Below, one piece after another: positions 37,114 to 46,955 of a stretch of DNA of 64,000 bases. Source of the stretch: Candidatus Pacearchaeota archaeon UBA92 (GTDB lineage Archaea; Nanobdellota; Nanobdellia; Pacearchaeales; GW2011-AR1). Position numbers and translations under genes: made by a program. Location of the stretch: NCBI GenBank assembly GCA_002497285.1, contig DANJ01000014.1:34089-98088 (forward strand). The letters run 5' to 3'. Each line of letters begins with the position of its first letter. The stretch's first letter is position 1. The notes under the pieces are model-generated. The model was not told the DNA's origin and made no database searches. It saw nothing but the letters and a program-made list of their open reading frames with translations.

Positions 37114-39003
37114 TTAAATGTCAACCTCCGCTTCATGTGCCTTAGCAAGTATAAACTCTCTTCTAGGTCCAACATCATCTCCCATAAGCCTAGAAAACAC
37201 TTCATTCGCCTTAACTGCATCTTCTATAGTGATTCTATTAAGTAATCTGGTTTTAGGGTTCATTGTTGTATCCCATAGCTGCTCAGAATTCATTTCACCT
37301 AATCCCTTAAATCTCTGCACATTTGAGCCAGAACCAAGACTTCCTATAACTGTTTTAAGCTCTTCATCAGTATAAACATAATGATCTTTCTTCTTTCTTA
37401 TTTTATACAAAGGAGAAACAGCAACATATATATTTCCATTATCAATCAAATCTTTCATAAATCTAAAGAAAAAAGTCAGTAATAAAGTTCTTATGTGAGC
37501 CCCATCAACGTCCGCATCTGTCATTATAATGACTTTTGAATATCTCAACTTATTAACATCGAAAGATTCTCCAACTCCAGTCCCTATAGCAGTAATAAGA
37601 TTTGCAATCTCTTCATTGGCAAAAACTTTAACCAGATTAGATTTTTCAACATTCAGTATCTTTCCCTTTAATGGTAATATCGCCTGATATTCCTTATTTC
37701 TTGCCTGCTTAGCCGTACCACCTGCAGAATCTCCCTCAACAAGGTATAATTCCGTCTCCTCTGCTTTCTTATTCGAACAATCGGAAAGCTTTCCTGGAAG
37801 ACCTCCAAGACTAAATGCATTTTTTCTCCTTACAAGATCCTTTGCTTTTTTCGCAGCATCTCTTGCCCTCTTAGAATCTATTACCTTGCTAACTATCCTT
37901 TTTGCTATAGCTGGATTTTCCTCAAAAAACTGCGAAAGTCCAATCATAGAAATACTATCAACAATTCCTTTTATTTCGCTATTCCCAAGTTTGGTTTTAG
38001 TCTGTCCTTCGAACTGCGGTTCAGGTACTTTCACAGATATTATCGCAGTTAACCCTTCTCTAACATCGTCTCCGGTAAAACTTTCAGATTTCAAAAGATT
38101 ATTTTTTTTGGCATACTCATTTATTGCTCTTGTTAGTGCCGTTCTAAAACCTACAACATGGGTTCCGCCTTCAACAGTATTAATTGTATTTACAAAACTC
38201 AAAACGTTCTCCTGATATCCAGAATTATATTGTATTGCTCCTTCAACAACTACACCGTTATCCTGTTTCATAAAGTAAATGGGTTTTGCATATAACACTT
38301 CCTTACCCTCATTAACCCATTTAGCAAATTCAATTAAACCACCTTCAAAGTAAAAGGTCTCTTTCTTTCCAGATTCATAATCGGATAGTTTAATTTTCAA
38401 ACCTTTATTAAGAAAAGCAATTTCTCTAAGTCTTGTTTCCAAAATAGAAAAATCAAACTTGAGTGTAGAAAAGATATCTTTGTCCGGGGAAAAAGTAACT
38501 TCCGTTCCAGTTTCGTCACTATCTGTCTCACCCACAACTTTCAACTTGTACAATGATTTTCCGATTCCATATTCTTGCTGGTAAATTTTTTTGTCTCTCT
38601 TAATCCTTACCTTCATATTACTACTTAATGCAGCCACAACACTAATTCCAACTCCGTGCAAACCTCCAGAAACAGCATAGCTTCCCTTATCGAATTTACC
38701 TCCAGCATGCAACTTAGTCACAACAACTTCAACTGCAGGAAGATTATAAACGGGATGCATATCAACAGGAATTCCTCTTCCATTGTCAATTACTGTAACA
38801 CTTCCATCTTTATTTATTGAAACATCAATAAGATTACAGAAACCAGCCATTGCCTCATCAACTGAATTATCAACTACCTCATAAACTAAATGATGCAAAC
38901 CCTGCTTACCTGTATTTCCAATATACATGGCAGGCCTTCTTCTGACTCCTTCTAAGCCCTCTAAAACTTTTATTTTTTCTGCTGAATATTCTTTTTTCTC
39001 CAT
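37114..39003 (-). CDS. gyrB: DNA gyrase subunit B
   Basis: GHKL ATPase motifs (HHLVYEVVDNSVDEA, GLHGVG), Toprim EGDSAGG and DADVDGAHI, QLWDTTMNP. 629 aa. Confidence 0.9.
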   Translation of the reverse strand: MEKKEYSAEKIKVLEGLEGVRRRPAMYIGNTGKQGLHHLVYEVVDNSVDEAMAGFCNLIDVSINKDGSVTVIDNGRGIPVDMHPVYNLPAVEVVVTKLHAGGKFDKGSYAVSGGLHGVGISVVAALSSNMKVRIKRDKKIYQQEYGIGKSLYKLKVVGETDSDETGTEVTFSPDKDIFSTLKFDFSILETRLREIAFLNKGLKIKLSDYESGKKETFYFEGGLIEFAKWVNEGKEVLYAKPIYFMKQDNGVVVEGAIQYNSGYQENVLSFVNTINTVEGGTHVVGFRTALTRAINEYAKKNNLLKSESFTGDDVREGLTAIISVKVPEPQFEGQTKTKLGNSEIKGIVDSISMIGLSQFFEENPAIAKRIVSKVIDSKRARDAAKKAKDLVRRKNAFSLGGLPGKLSDCSNKKAEETELYLVEGDSAGGTAKQARNKEYQAILPLKGKILNVEKSNLVKVFANEEIANLITAIGTGVGESFDVNKLRYSKVIIMTDADVDGAHIRTLLLTFFFRFMKDLIDNGNIYVAVSPLYKIRKKKDHYVYTDEELKTVIGSLGSGSNVQRFKGLGEMNSEQLWDTTMNPKTRLLNRITIEDAVKANEVFSRLMGDDVGPRREFILAKAHEAEVDI

Positions 39004-39412
39004 TATTATCCTAGGATTTTATATCAAATCTAACCAAAAAAGTCAAACTGCCTTTATAAACCTTTATATACCAAAATTACATTTTATCGACGATAAACTA
39101 GAAATCAATCTAAGGTTGTTAGAAGCAGTACAATCTATTAAATCCTAAACCACAAACAGTACTGCCTGCACTAGTCAATCTAACATCTACTTGACCAATT
39201 ACTCCACAAGTTCCAGTTGAGCCACTTCTATCAAACCAATTACAACAAATCCGGTTATACTTACAAAGGGATTCAAAATATAAACAATGCCCAAAAAATC
39301 CTATTACTGAATAAATTATTCTACTAATCTGTGACCTCTCTTTTATAACCCTAAATCAAAGAATGAAATATGCAAAAATCTGTTGTTATTCAAAAAAATT
39401 TATCTTGGATAA

Positions 39413-39673
39413 CTACTTATTTCCAGCACTCTTCTTTTTTTCAGCCTTTTCAGCCCTAGAACTATCCGCTTTTTCCTTTTCTTTAATCACTCTTTTTCCT
39501 CTAGCAAGATGAAATGCCTCAGTCCATTTCATTTTTCGCTTATCTCTCTTTAGCTTTAGACTATTCTTTCTACATTTACTAGTACAAAAATAAATACTTG
39601 TTCCATCATTCTTCAAAAGATAAATACCTTTGTAATCATCCTGTTCTTTTCCACAAAAAACACATTTAGCCAT
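39413..39673 (-). CDS. rpl24e: 50S ribosomal protein L24e
   Basis: CVFCGKEQDDYKGIYLLKNDGTSIYFCTSKCRKN is the L24e zinc-ribbon-like fold. Confidence 0.8.
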   Translation of the reverse strand: MAKCVFCGKEQDDYKGIYLLKNDGTSIYFCTSKCRKNSLKLKRDKRKMKWTEAFHLARGKRVIKEKEKADSSRAEKAEKKKSAGNK

Positions 39674-39960
39674 TAACTATGCGCTCCCTTTGTAATCTTT
39701 CCCTTGACTCTTCTAGCTTCAATTTCACTTTCCCTTAGAATAAGCAAATCTCCAATTCTCACAGAACCCCTAACATTTCTTCTCATACTTTTTCCCTCAT
39801 TTCTTCCACTTAACACTTTAACTTTAACCTGAGTAATTTCTCCTCTGGTTCCAGTTCTAGCACTTATCTCTTCAACTACTGCATTAACTGGCTCACTCGT
39901 TAAACTTGCTTTTGTATTTTCTACAGATTTTCCTTCCTTAGTTTTCTGAGTCTTTGCCAT
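39673..39960 (-). CDS. rps28e: 30S ribosomal protein S28e
   Basis: GTRGEITQVKVKVL..GR....RNVRGSVRIGDLLILRESEIEARR is the S28e signature. Confidence 0.8.
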   Translation of the reverse strand: MAKTQKTKEGKSVENTKASLTSEPVNAVVEEISARTGTRGEITQVKVKVLSGRNEGKSMRRNVRGSVRIGDLLILRESEIEARRVKGKITKGAHS

Positions 39961-39961
39961 C

Positions 39962-40267
39962 CTACTTCTCCTTCAAATTAGAAATATCTTTTTCGGCATC
40001 ACCTGCATCAATCACAGCAACAGTGCTTGTATTAACAGAAATGCCGACTGCAAGTCCTAACTTCTGTTTAGAATCAACTTCAATACACAAAATATTTTTT
40101 TCCTTACAAATTGCAGATAAATGCTGAACTATTTCTTTTGGTTCAACATCTGTAGCATAAACAACAAGCTTTGCCACACTTCTCTCTATGGCTTTTGTAA
40201 CTTCATTTACACCTTTATCAACTTTTCCAGTTTTTCTTGCCTTCTCAATGATATTGTAAACATCCAT
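39962..40267 (-). CDS. rpl7ae: 50S ribosomal protein L7Ae (also a box C/D and H/ACA RNP component)
   Basis: KTGKVDKGVNEVTKAIERSVAKLVVYATDVEP..IVQHLSAICKEKNI is the L7Ae/L30e K-turn-binding fold. Heads the L7Ae-S28e-L24e operon typical of archaea. Confidence 0.85.
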   Translation of the reverse strand: MDVYNIIEKARKTGKVDKGVNEVTKAIERSVAKLVVYATDVEPKEIVQHLSAICKEKNILCIEVDSKQKLGLAVGISVNTSTVAVIDAGDAEKDISNLKEK

Positions 40268-40375
40268 TTTTAACCTCCGCTGACACTAAAGCGTCATTGG
40301 TTAAGATTTGATGATAAAAGTGGTTTATAAACTTTGCTGTAAGATTTTGCAAAGTTTATCTCAAGGATATAAATT

Positions 40376-41350
40376 CTATTTCCAGCTAACTTTGACATCG
40401 TCAGTCCTTTCCCTCGGAGAAATATCCAACTTATCAGGATGGATTAATAATTTTTTATCCCTCTTTGCCATTATCTCTCCTGTAAATGCAATCATTGCCC
40501 CATTATCTACCAATAGACTTCTATCCGGACAAAAATATTTTGCCCCTCTTTCTTTACACATTATATTTGCCATATCCTGTAATCTTGCATTACAAGCAAC
40601 TCCTCCACCGAGAACAAGCTCTTTCTTTCCTGTATGCGCTAATGCCCTTTCAGCAGCCTCAATAAGCATTGCAAAGGCAATCTCCTGCATTGAATAACTA
40701 ATATCTTTCAATTTCTCGCCTTTATCATATAATTGTTTCATCTTAGTCTGCATTCCAGAAAAAGAAACGTCCATTCCTTTAATTGAATAAGGCAACTCAA
40801 TATATTTTCCATTTAAAGCTAATTTTTCAATTTCAGGCCCTCCAGGAAAGGGGATTCCACAATACCTTGCAAAAGTATCAATAAAATTTCCTATCCCTGA
40901 ATCTAGCGTTTCTCCAAATACCCTATACTTTCCAGATGAATAAGCAATTATCTGTGTATTCGCTCCTGACGCATATAATAACACCGGATTTTCAGCTCCA
41001 AGAGACTGCCCGATTTCCAGATGAGCAATACAATGATTCACAGGAATAATTCTTATCTTTAATTTTCTTGCTTTCTCCTTAGCAAAATGCATTCCAGAAA
41101 GCAAACACGGGGCTAATCCAGGAGCGTTAGAAATCGCAATTACATCGATATCTTTCTCGCTTATCTCTGCCTCCTCCAAAGCCTCCTGATAAACAGTCTC
41201 TGCAACTTCTTTATGATGATTAGCAGAATCCATTGGGATTATCCCTCCTTTCTCTGGCTTATACATATCTTTAACATTAGCGAGAATTTTTCCATTATTA
41301 ACAATACCAATTCCAAAAGTATGGGCAGTACATTCAATACCAAGTATCAT
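40376..41350 (-). CDS. kae1: tRNA N6-adenosine threonylcarbamoyltransferase Kae1 (stand-alone, no Bud32 fusion); start taken at MILGIECTAHT
   Basis: ILGIECTAHTFGIGIV, metal-binding HCIAHLEIG (HxxH), SGGVACN, 324 aa. Confidence 0.8.
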   Translation of the reverse strand: MILGIECTAHTFGIGIVNNGKILANVKDMYKPEKGGIIPMDSANHHKEVAETVYQEALEEAEISEKDIDVIAISNAPGLAPCLLSGMHFAKEKARKLKIRIIPVNHCIAHLEIGQSLGAENPVLLYASGANTQIIAYSSGKYRVFGETLDSGIGNFIDTFARYCGIPFPGGPEIEKLALNGKYIELPYSIKGMDVSFSGMQTKMKQLYDKGEKLKDISYSMQEIAFAMLIEAAERALAHTGKKELVLGGGVACNARLQDMANIMCKERGAKYFCPDRSLLVDNGAMIAFTGEIMAKRDKKLLIHPDKLDISPRERTDDVKVSWK

Positions 41351-41763
41351 TGAAAGATGAAGACGATTATATTTATAAACTAAACCCATATTATTTTGTG
41401 ATGACTGAAAACATCTATCCTTTCTTCCAGGATTGCGGAGAAAGAGGGATTATCCCAAACATAACACTCCCAAGAGATTATGAAATCCTTGTCCCTCAAT
41501 TTTATGCAAGGGGTGGAAAAAAAGAAATAGATGATTTAGTAAGTAATCTAAATCGATTTAATTCACAGCGAATTCGTTCCTTGCCTGAAATTCGGCTTGG
41601 ATGGAATGAAAAGAAAGGTCTTGCGCACATTTCAATGTGCCATGGAGGCCTTGACATAAATCAACGAGATCAATTCCAAGAACATAATTTAGGTATAGAA
41701 AATGGATTATACGTCGGAGCAGTAGCTATTACATACATAAAAAAACTCATAAACATAAAATAA
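41350..41763 (+). CDS. hypothetical protein (divergent from kae1; true start probably a downstream Met)
   Basis: 137-aa ORF with no known motifs. It starts at the kae1 start codon position, so an internal Met (MTENIYPFF, about 41401) is more plausible. Confidence 0.3.
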   Translation: MKDEDDYIYKLNPYYFVMTENIYPFFQDCGERGIIPNITLPRDYEILVPQFYARGGKKEIDDLVSNLNRFNSQRIRSLPEIRLGWNEKKGLAHISMCHGGLDINQRDQFQEHNLGIENGLYVGAVAITYIKKLINIK

Positions 41764-41802
41764 AAAACACCAATAAAAAATAAAAATAAAAAAACTCCGA
41801 GA

Positions 41803-41967
41803 TTATCTTCTCTTCTTTGCGACCTTTCTCTTAGTTGTCTTCTTTGTGGCTTTTTTTCTTCTTCCGCCTCGAGCCATCATAGCCTCACAAACATTACCAG
41901 CACCATCTACATAGTAAAGATAACCCTTTCTTCTGGTTACAACATTCTTAGCAATTATTTTTCCCAT
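41803..41967 (-). CDS. small Lys/Arg-rich protein (54 aa), not in the supplied ORF track; likely nucleic-acid-binding or ribosome-associated
   Basis: Hand translation of the minus strand: MGKIIAKNVVTRRKGYLYYVDGAGNVCEAMMARGGRRKKATKKTTKRKVAKKRR, stop TAA at 41805..41803. Structured N-terminal beta-hairpin-like segment plus a poly-basic tail. T-rich tract downstream. Confidence 0.4.
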   Translation of the reverse strand: MGKIIAKNVVTRRKGYLYYVDGAGNVCEAMMARGGRRKKATKKTTKRKVAKKRR

Positions 41968-42016
41968 TTAGCACCTCCTTTTTAATCATTACATCGATAC
42001 ATATCAAATATCATAT

Positions 42017-42361
42017 TTAAACTTTTCCTTTACCGACGAATAAACTTATAATTTTTCTATTTTCACCATTGATAGGAATTTCTACAAGTCGCCTAAATTT
42101 TATTTTTGGCTTAATTCTGAAAGTAAATGGTTTTACAACTTTCCATTCAATTATTTTATTTTTATCGTCGAGCCATATGGCCAGAAAAGGAAAAAAAACA
42201 AAATAAGAATGTATTGAAATTCCAGTATTCTTCTTAAATTCAAAAAGTAAATTTCCAGAATTTCTAGATTTAAACATAAGCCCTACCCCTTTAGAAAAAT
42301 ACCCTAATCTTTTAACGTCAACACTTAACTTCTTCCCCTTATAAGGAAAATAAATTATCAT
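42017..42361 (-). CDS. DUF192 (COG1430) family protein
   Basis: KGVGLMFKSR matches the DUF192 RGLMFR signature, with typical size and beta-rich composition. Confidence 0.5.
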   Translation of the reverse strand: MIIYFPYKGKKLSVDVKRLGYFSKGVGLMFKSRNSGNLLFEFKKNTGISIHSYFVFFPFLAIWLDDKNKIIEWKVVKPFTFRIKPKIKFRRLVEIPINGENRKIISLFVGKGKV

Positions 42362-42364
42362 CGA

Positions 42365-42688
42365 TTAAATATCGGACATTTCAGATCTTATCTTAGAAAT
42401 CTTATTTACCTTATCAGAAACCCTATCAACCTCTGCCTGCAAAGTTTTTTTCTTTTTGTTTAACGAAGCTTCCTTTTCAATGAGCCTTGCAATTTTCTTT
42501 TGTAACTCCCTTTCCTTGTCGTGATCACCATCCAAAGAAGAAGAGACACTCTTCAAATCAGCCCTAAGTTCTATTCTTTCCTTAGACAAACTCCTAATTT
42601 CACTACCCAAATCTCTAATGGCGCCAGATAAAGGAGACTTCTTAATTACAGAAATTTTCTTACTCCCAACCCTCTTTTTCATACCCAT
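42365..42688 (-). CDS. basic coiled-coil protein (107 aa), hypothetical
   Basis: Heptad-like K/E-rich sequence. Stop abuts the DUF192 start. Confidence 0.35.
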   Translation of the reverse strand: MGMKKRVGSKKISVIKKSPLSGAIRDLGSEIRSLSKERIELRADLKSVSSSLDGDHDKERELQKKIARLIEKEASLNKKKKTLQAEVDRVSDKVNKISKIRSEMSDI

Positions 42689-42704
42689 CTTAAAACAATA
42701 TTAT

Positions 42705-43718
42705 TTATAAACGTTTCTTTAGTTGATTTAAAAGCTCATTAATCTTCTTCCGGCTATTCTCATAAGAAATTTTCTTAATATACCCTTTACTATAAGCGCT
42801 ATCCAAAAGCTTTTTTTTATATTCCAAATCATGAATTTCTTTAGCAACATTTCCGAGTTTTATTTTCCTAATATCGACAACTTTCTTATTCCAATAAGAA
42901 GCATTATCCTTAATCTTCTTATTCCAAAAAAAATTAAAAACAAAAAAAACAACAATTAAAACACCTGCTAGAATCATAACTGCATATAAATATTGGTTAG
43001 ATTCGTTAAACTTTGGTCCTAAATTAACTTGTTCTCCAACACTAAAAATAGAGCTACTTGTAGCCACAAATCCTTCGCTCTCAGTAAGGACATAAAAAAT
43101 ATAATCTCCATATTCTAAATTTTCAGGCAAATAAAAACTTTTGCCAAGTTGTACTTGATTTCCTACTTCCACATACTGACTTTCAGAAAAAATTGTATTA
43201 CCCAAAAAATCTTTTATAATAAAATTAACATGGGCTCTACCTGTTTTTGATTTTAAATTAAAAATTTTAACATCGACATTCAAATCATTTCCTGGAATAA
43301 TATTAAACTGGGCAGAAGGAATCTCAAAAAAAGAATCAAACAATACTTCTGTGCTTTCAATTTCAAAAACTACCGGAATAGTTAATATTTCATTCTTATC
43401 ATCTATAAAAATTCTTCCTACATAAACTCCCGGAGCCAAATTTAATGAATCCAATTCAATTAAAAAACTTAAATCTCTTTCAGATTCAAAAGAAAGAATT
43501 TTCTTATCAATATTAATAAAACTACCAGATGATTCTGATGAAATGAACAATTCTCCCTTGCCATCAAGATTGATAATATTAATCTGAACATTAACTTTTT
43601 CGCCTGCCTTAACCACAACTTTCACAGATAATGGGTTTACATTGAAATTATCTAAAGCCGTAACAAAAAAAATAGATATGAAAAGAGCAAAAAGAGCAAA
43701 AACAATCAATTTATTCAT
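42705..43718 (-). CDS. type I membrane surface protein (signal peptide plus Ig-like/CARDB-like beta domains plus C-terminal TM anchor)
   Basis: N-terminal LIVFALFALFISIFFVTA. C-terminal YLYAVMILAGVLIVVFFVFNFFW followed by a KK-rich tail. 4-nt overlap with the upstream gene. Confidence 0.55.
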   Translation of the reverse strand: MNKLIVFALFALFISIFFVTALDNFNVNPLSVKVVVKAGEKVNVQINIINLDGKGELFISSESSGSFINIDKKILSFESERDLSFLIELDSLNLAPGVYVGRIFIDDKNEILTIPVVFEIESTEVLFDSFFEIPSAQFNIIPGNDLNVDVKIFNLKSKTGRAHVNFIIKDFLGNTIFSESQYVEVGNQVQLGKSFYLPENLEYGDYIFYVLTESEGFVATSSSIFSVGEQVNLGPKFNESNQYLYAVMILAGVLIVVFFVFNFFWNKKIKDNASYWNKKVVDIRKIKLGNVAKEIHDLEYKKKLLDSAYSKGYIKKISYENSRKKINELLNQLKKRL

Positions 43719-44752
43719 CTTTTCTTCAACCTCTTATTTAACTGCCTTGTAGCTTTTTTATATTTATATATCGAAAAGATAACTACTAAAATAGTCAATA
43801 AAACAAGAACTATCATATAAATAATCCCTTTGTTTATAATTTTCTCAGCCACTGTGAAATGTGCGCTCGAAGTAGCAAATCCTTCAGGATATATAACCTC
43901 GATACCAACTATATAATCTCCAGAAGACAATTTTTCAGTAGAAAATTCCCTAACATAACTTTTTTCCTTGAAAACTCTAAACGTCTCAGTTTCTGATGAA
44001 AGGGTATTTCCATCAAAGTCCTTAATCACATAGTTAATAACTGTATCAACTTCTCCTAATTCACCAAGCTGAATTAAAGAAATAAAGGCTTTGACTTTTT
44101 TACCTATAGATATAAGCCTAGAAGAATCTGGAATAAATAAAGAAACATCAAACAAAGCCTTTCCTGCACTTCTAACATTCATCAAAACAAAGGCTTTCCG
44201 TTCTATATTTCCAGTAGTAAACTTAATACTTCCAGCATATATTCCTTGTCCAGGAGCACGAACACTTAAAAGCACCGTTTTTTCTTCACCTTTCTTTAAA
44301 GACAATTGATTACTATCCAAACCAACATAATTACCAATTCCAGTAACGCTTATACTTATAACTATATCGCTATTAAAAGAATTTTTAACAGTAATTAACT
44401 GCTCCTGCTGTTCGCCTTCCTGTAAAAACAAATTAAGTTCTTCAGGGGTAATTGAAAAATCAACTAATTTCTCTGATGAAGAAGCTCCGCCTCCGCCTCC
44501 CCCACTTCCACCTCCTCCTGTGCTTCCTCCTCCAGAAGGTGGAGATGGTGCTGGAGTAGGAGCAGCTTCTATAGTAATAGAGGCAGTAGCAGTTTCGCTT
44601 GTAGTCTTCGCATTTATGAACCCCTTAGAAAAATTAGAACTATTTTTATACAAAATAAAATTGCCAAAAATAACAAAAATAGAAGCTATTATAATCAGAA
44701 TAATTATAACTCTATAAATTAAAATTTCCTTCTTAGAATTTGTTTTGCCCAT
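43715..44752 (-). CDS. type I membrane surface protein with Pro/Gly-rich linker (PAPSPPSGGGSTGGGGSGGGGGG) and C-terminal TM anchor
   Basis: Signal anchor ILIYRVIIILIIIASIFVIF. C-terminal IIYMIVLVLLTILVVIFSIYKYKK. Paralogous architecture to its neighbours. Confidence 0.55.
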   Translation of the reverse strand: MGKTNSKKEILIYRVIIILIIIASIFVIFGNFILYKNSSNFSKGFINAKTTSETATASITIEAAPTPAPSPPSGGGSTGGGGSGGGGGGASSSEKLVDFSITPEELNLFLQEGEQQEQLITVKNSFNSDIVISISVTGIGNYVGLDSNQLSLKKGEEKTVLLSVRAPGQGIYAGSIKFTTGNIERKAFVLMNVRSAGKALFDVSLFIPDSSRLISIGKKVKAFISLIQLGELGEVDTVINYVIKDFDGNTLSSETETFRVFKEKSYVREFSTEKLSSGDYIVGIEVIYPEGFATSSAHFTVAEKIINKGIIYMIVLVLLTILVVIFSIYKYKKATRQLNKRLKKR

Positions 44753-44753
44753 A

Positions 44754-45188
44754 TCAGCCTTTATCCTCAGACTTATAAATTTTAAACACTAAACTCCCCG
44801 AATAATTTCTAAAATTAACATCTCCTGGAACTTCAAGCAAAACGCCTATTGGCATCTCCTGTCCTTCTTCAATATAAATATCTCTATCTGTTTGAACATA
44901 ATCAGCAATCTCTTTACTTGCAAAAATTTTTACAGTTATGGGGAAACCATAATCATTCTTTATAAAAACTTTTTTAGTTGCAGAATTCCCCGGAACAACC
45001 CTTCCAAAATTAAGATAATCTAATTTATCTACATTAAATCCAGTAGTCTCACCAGTAGAAAATACTACATTAACTTTCGTTACTTCAATAGGACTTGAAA
45101 GTAAAATTGAAAAGAATAAAAAAATAATTATAAGACTAACTGCTATAACTATTAAATAAAATAGTTTATTACTTTTAAGTTCTTTCAT
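44754..45188 (-). CDS. small secreted/membrane-anchored beta-rich protein (144 aa)
   Basis: N-terminal TM LFYLIVIAVSLIIIFLFFSILL. Sits within the coupled surface-protein operon. Confidence 0.45.
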   Translation of the reverse strand: MKELKSNKLFYLIVIAVSLIIIFLFFSILLSSPIEVTKVNVVFSTGETTGFNVDKLDYLNFGRVVPGNSATKKVFIKNDYGFPITVKIFASKEIADYVQTDRDIYIEEGQEMPIGVLLEVPGDVNFRNYSGSLVFKIYKSEDKG

Positions 45189-46270
45189 CGTTTAATTTTC
45201 TTTAGCCTCATTATTAAAAAGACAATTACTATTATCAATAAGACAAATCCGACAATTATTCCATACAACAGATAATTAATTTCCTTTTCAAATCCAAAAT
45301 CAACTATCTGTTCTGTTGTTCTGCCTTTATAATGTAAAGTTATATTTCCCTTAATTGTGTCCTCCTCTATACCAGTAGTATCAAAATATCCTGTTAATTT
45401 GCCTTTCGTCCACGAATCTAAGATTATAGAAGGGGTCAAAAAATCAATATCTTTATTTATAATATCAACACTTGCATATAGCTCGCCAATTTCCGAATTC
45501 CAAAAACTTTCAACATCAATATAAAAAGGATTTATTCCATTCCTCTTGAGAATTTTCGAATAACCTATAATTTTTACATTTAATTCTCCAACTCTGACGA
45601 TTCTTTCTTCATTTAGTTCATCAGCACCATAATCAACAACCGCAATAGCTCGATAATCCCCAGGCTTATAATTAGAAGTATTCAATTCGCTATAAAATTC
45701 TTTAGCTTCTCCAGTTCCAAAAATCGCATTTCCAAGATTAACTGTCTCTAATTTTTGTTCCCCTTCATAAAAATCAACGCGAACATTTGCGCTAATATTT
45801 TCCTTTCCAAGACTATTTACCTTTACAGTAAGTCTTACAGGATCTCCAAGATTAACATTTCCCGTAAGAAACTCCATAGTTGCATATTTTCCAGGATATG
45901 GAACTTTAATTTTAATAACTCCTCTAACATCTGCTATGGCTCCAATTCCACTGCCGGTATCGATAGGAACAGCACCGATATATAGCCGATGTGTTCCAGG
46001 CAATTCAATATTTTCAGGGAGTTGCAAAAGAGCATTTACTGTCCCTTTTCCCTCAAGGGACTCGGCACTTAATTCGATGTATTCTGCTAAATCCCCCTCT
46101 GTATAAACCCTCAATTTTTCATAATCTCCAAAAAATTCAAAATGAAAAACCTGCTTCAGCCCGGGCTGAAAATCAATTTCATAATAAGCTGGACTGACTC
46201 CAAGTGCCGCATACGCTCCAGGAGCTAAAACTAAAAATAAAAAAATAAATAGTATTTCCCTCTTTACCAT
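45185..46270 (-). CDS. type I membrane surface protein (signal peptide, beta domains, C-terminal TM anchor)
   Basis: ILFIFLFLVLAPGAYAALG signal. C-terminal LLYGIIVGFVLLIIVIVFLIMRLKK. Confidence 0.55.
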   Translation of the reverse strand: MVKREILFIFLFLVLAPGAYAALGVSPAYYEIDFQPGLKQVFHFEFFGDYEKLRVYTEGDLAEYIELSAESLEGKGTVNALLQLPENIELPGTHRLYIGAVPIDTGSGIGAIADVRGVIKIKVPYPGKYATMEFLTGNVNLGDPVRLTVKVNSLGKENISANVRVDFYEGEQKLETVNLGNAIFGTGEAKEFYSELNTSNYKPGDYRAIAVVDYGADELNEERIVRVGELNVKIIGYSKILKRNGINPFYIDVESFWNSEIGELYASVDIINKDIDFLTPSIILDSWTKGKLTGYFDTTGIEEDTIKGNITLHYKGRTTEQIVDFGFEKEINYLLYGIIVGFVLLIIVIVFLIMRLKKIKR

Positions 46271-46313
46271 AACAAGAACAAAGTAAAATAGTTTTTATAG
46301 CTTTCTAAGAAAA

Positions 46314-46955
46314 TTAAGCCGCAGCAATTGTAGCAGTAACAACATCTCCCAAATCTCCAGTAGTTGCGTCTTCGGGAATAGTCATGTTAAAGTCTATCCT
46401 TAGAATATCTAAACCCGTATTAAAATTAAACGTTGCACAAAATCTCATTCCAGAAGTATTAACTGGATAAAAGTAGCCAAGCTCATGGCCTCCATTAAGA
46501 AGTGTTGTTGTATTTCCACACGTTCCGCCTACATCAGCAGCAGTACCGTTAGCAGTAACATTCCACTGGTACCCTGGATTAGTACCTCCAAATAAAGTCG
46601 TTGAATTCTTATTAGTTTTCAAATCCAAAGTAACATTAACATTTCCTATATTTTCAAGTATAAATCCTTCCTGTGCAGTCCAGTTTCCATTTGTAACACT
46701 TCCCTTGTGTGTTGTGAGCAATTGTGCCCTTGTCTGCCCTCCATTTATTCTTCCAGAACTCCAATTGATAATCGCATTAGAAAAATTAATAGAAACTGCA
46801 GATTCAATTGTAAGATTTGCCTGTCCTGAAGAAACAAATCCTGTAACCCACGTGTTTTTAAAATTGTTTATTGCTGAATATGTAAATCCTGCTCCAATCG
46901 CGGAAACAAGAACAGCGAAAACTGCAACGATAATCAAAACATTATCAAAGTTCAC
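46314..46955 (-). CDS. secreted Thr/Asn/Gly-rich protein with N-terminal hydrophobic anchor; possible minor pilin-like or S-layer-associated subunit
   Basis: MNFDNVLIIVAVFAVLVSAIGAGF, then a low-complexity N/T/G-rich beta region with many N-x-T sequons. Confidence 0.4.
   Translation of the reverse strand: MNFDNVLIIVAVFAVLVSAIGAGFTYSAINNFKNTWVTGFVSSGQANLTIESAVSINFSNAIINWSSGRINGGQTRAQLLTTHKGSVTNGNWTAQEGFILENIGNVNVTLDLKTNKNSTTLFGGTNPGYQWNVTANGTAADVGGTCGNTTTLLNGGHELGYFYPVNTSGMRFCATFNFNTGLDILRIDFNMTIPEDATTGDLGDVVTATIAAA

Noticed and set aside
36930-37220. The 96-aa version of the acidic ORF as given in the track
   Set aside because: Its first 36 codons overlap the gyrB 3' end in another frame. 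The internal Met at 37112 gives a clean 2-nt gap after the gyrB stop, so the 60-aa version is preferred.
39004-39412. Possible box C/D sRNA or other ncRNA in the 410-nt spacer between rpl24e and gyrB
   Set aside because: No RUGAUGA/CUGA box pair with appropriate spacing found. Only A/T-rich promoter-like sequence. Cannot be supported without covariance search.
40308-40697. ORF 40308..40697 (+)
   Set aside because: Entirely antisense to kae1, which has strong motif support.
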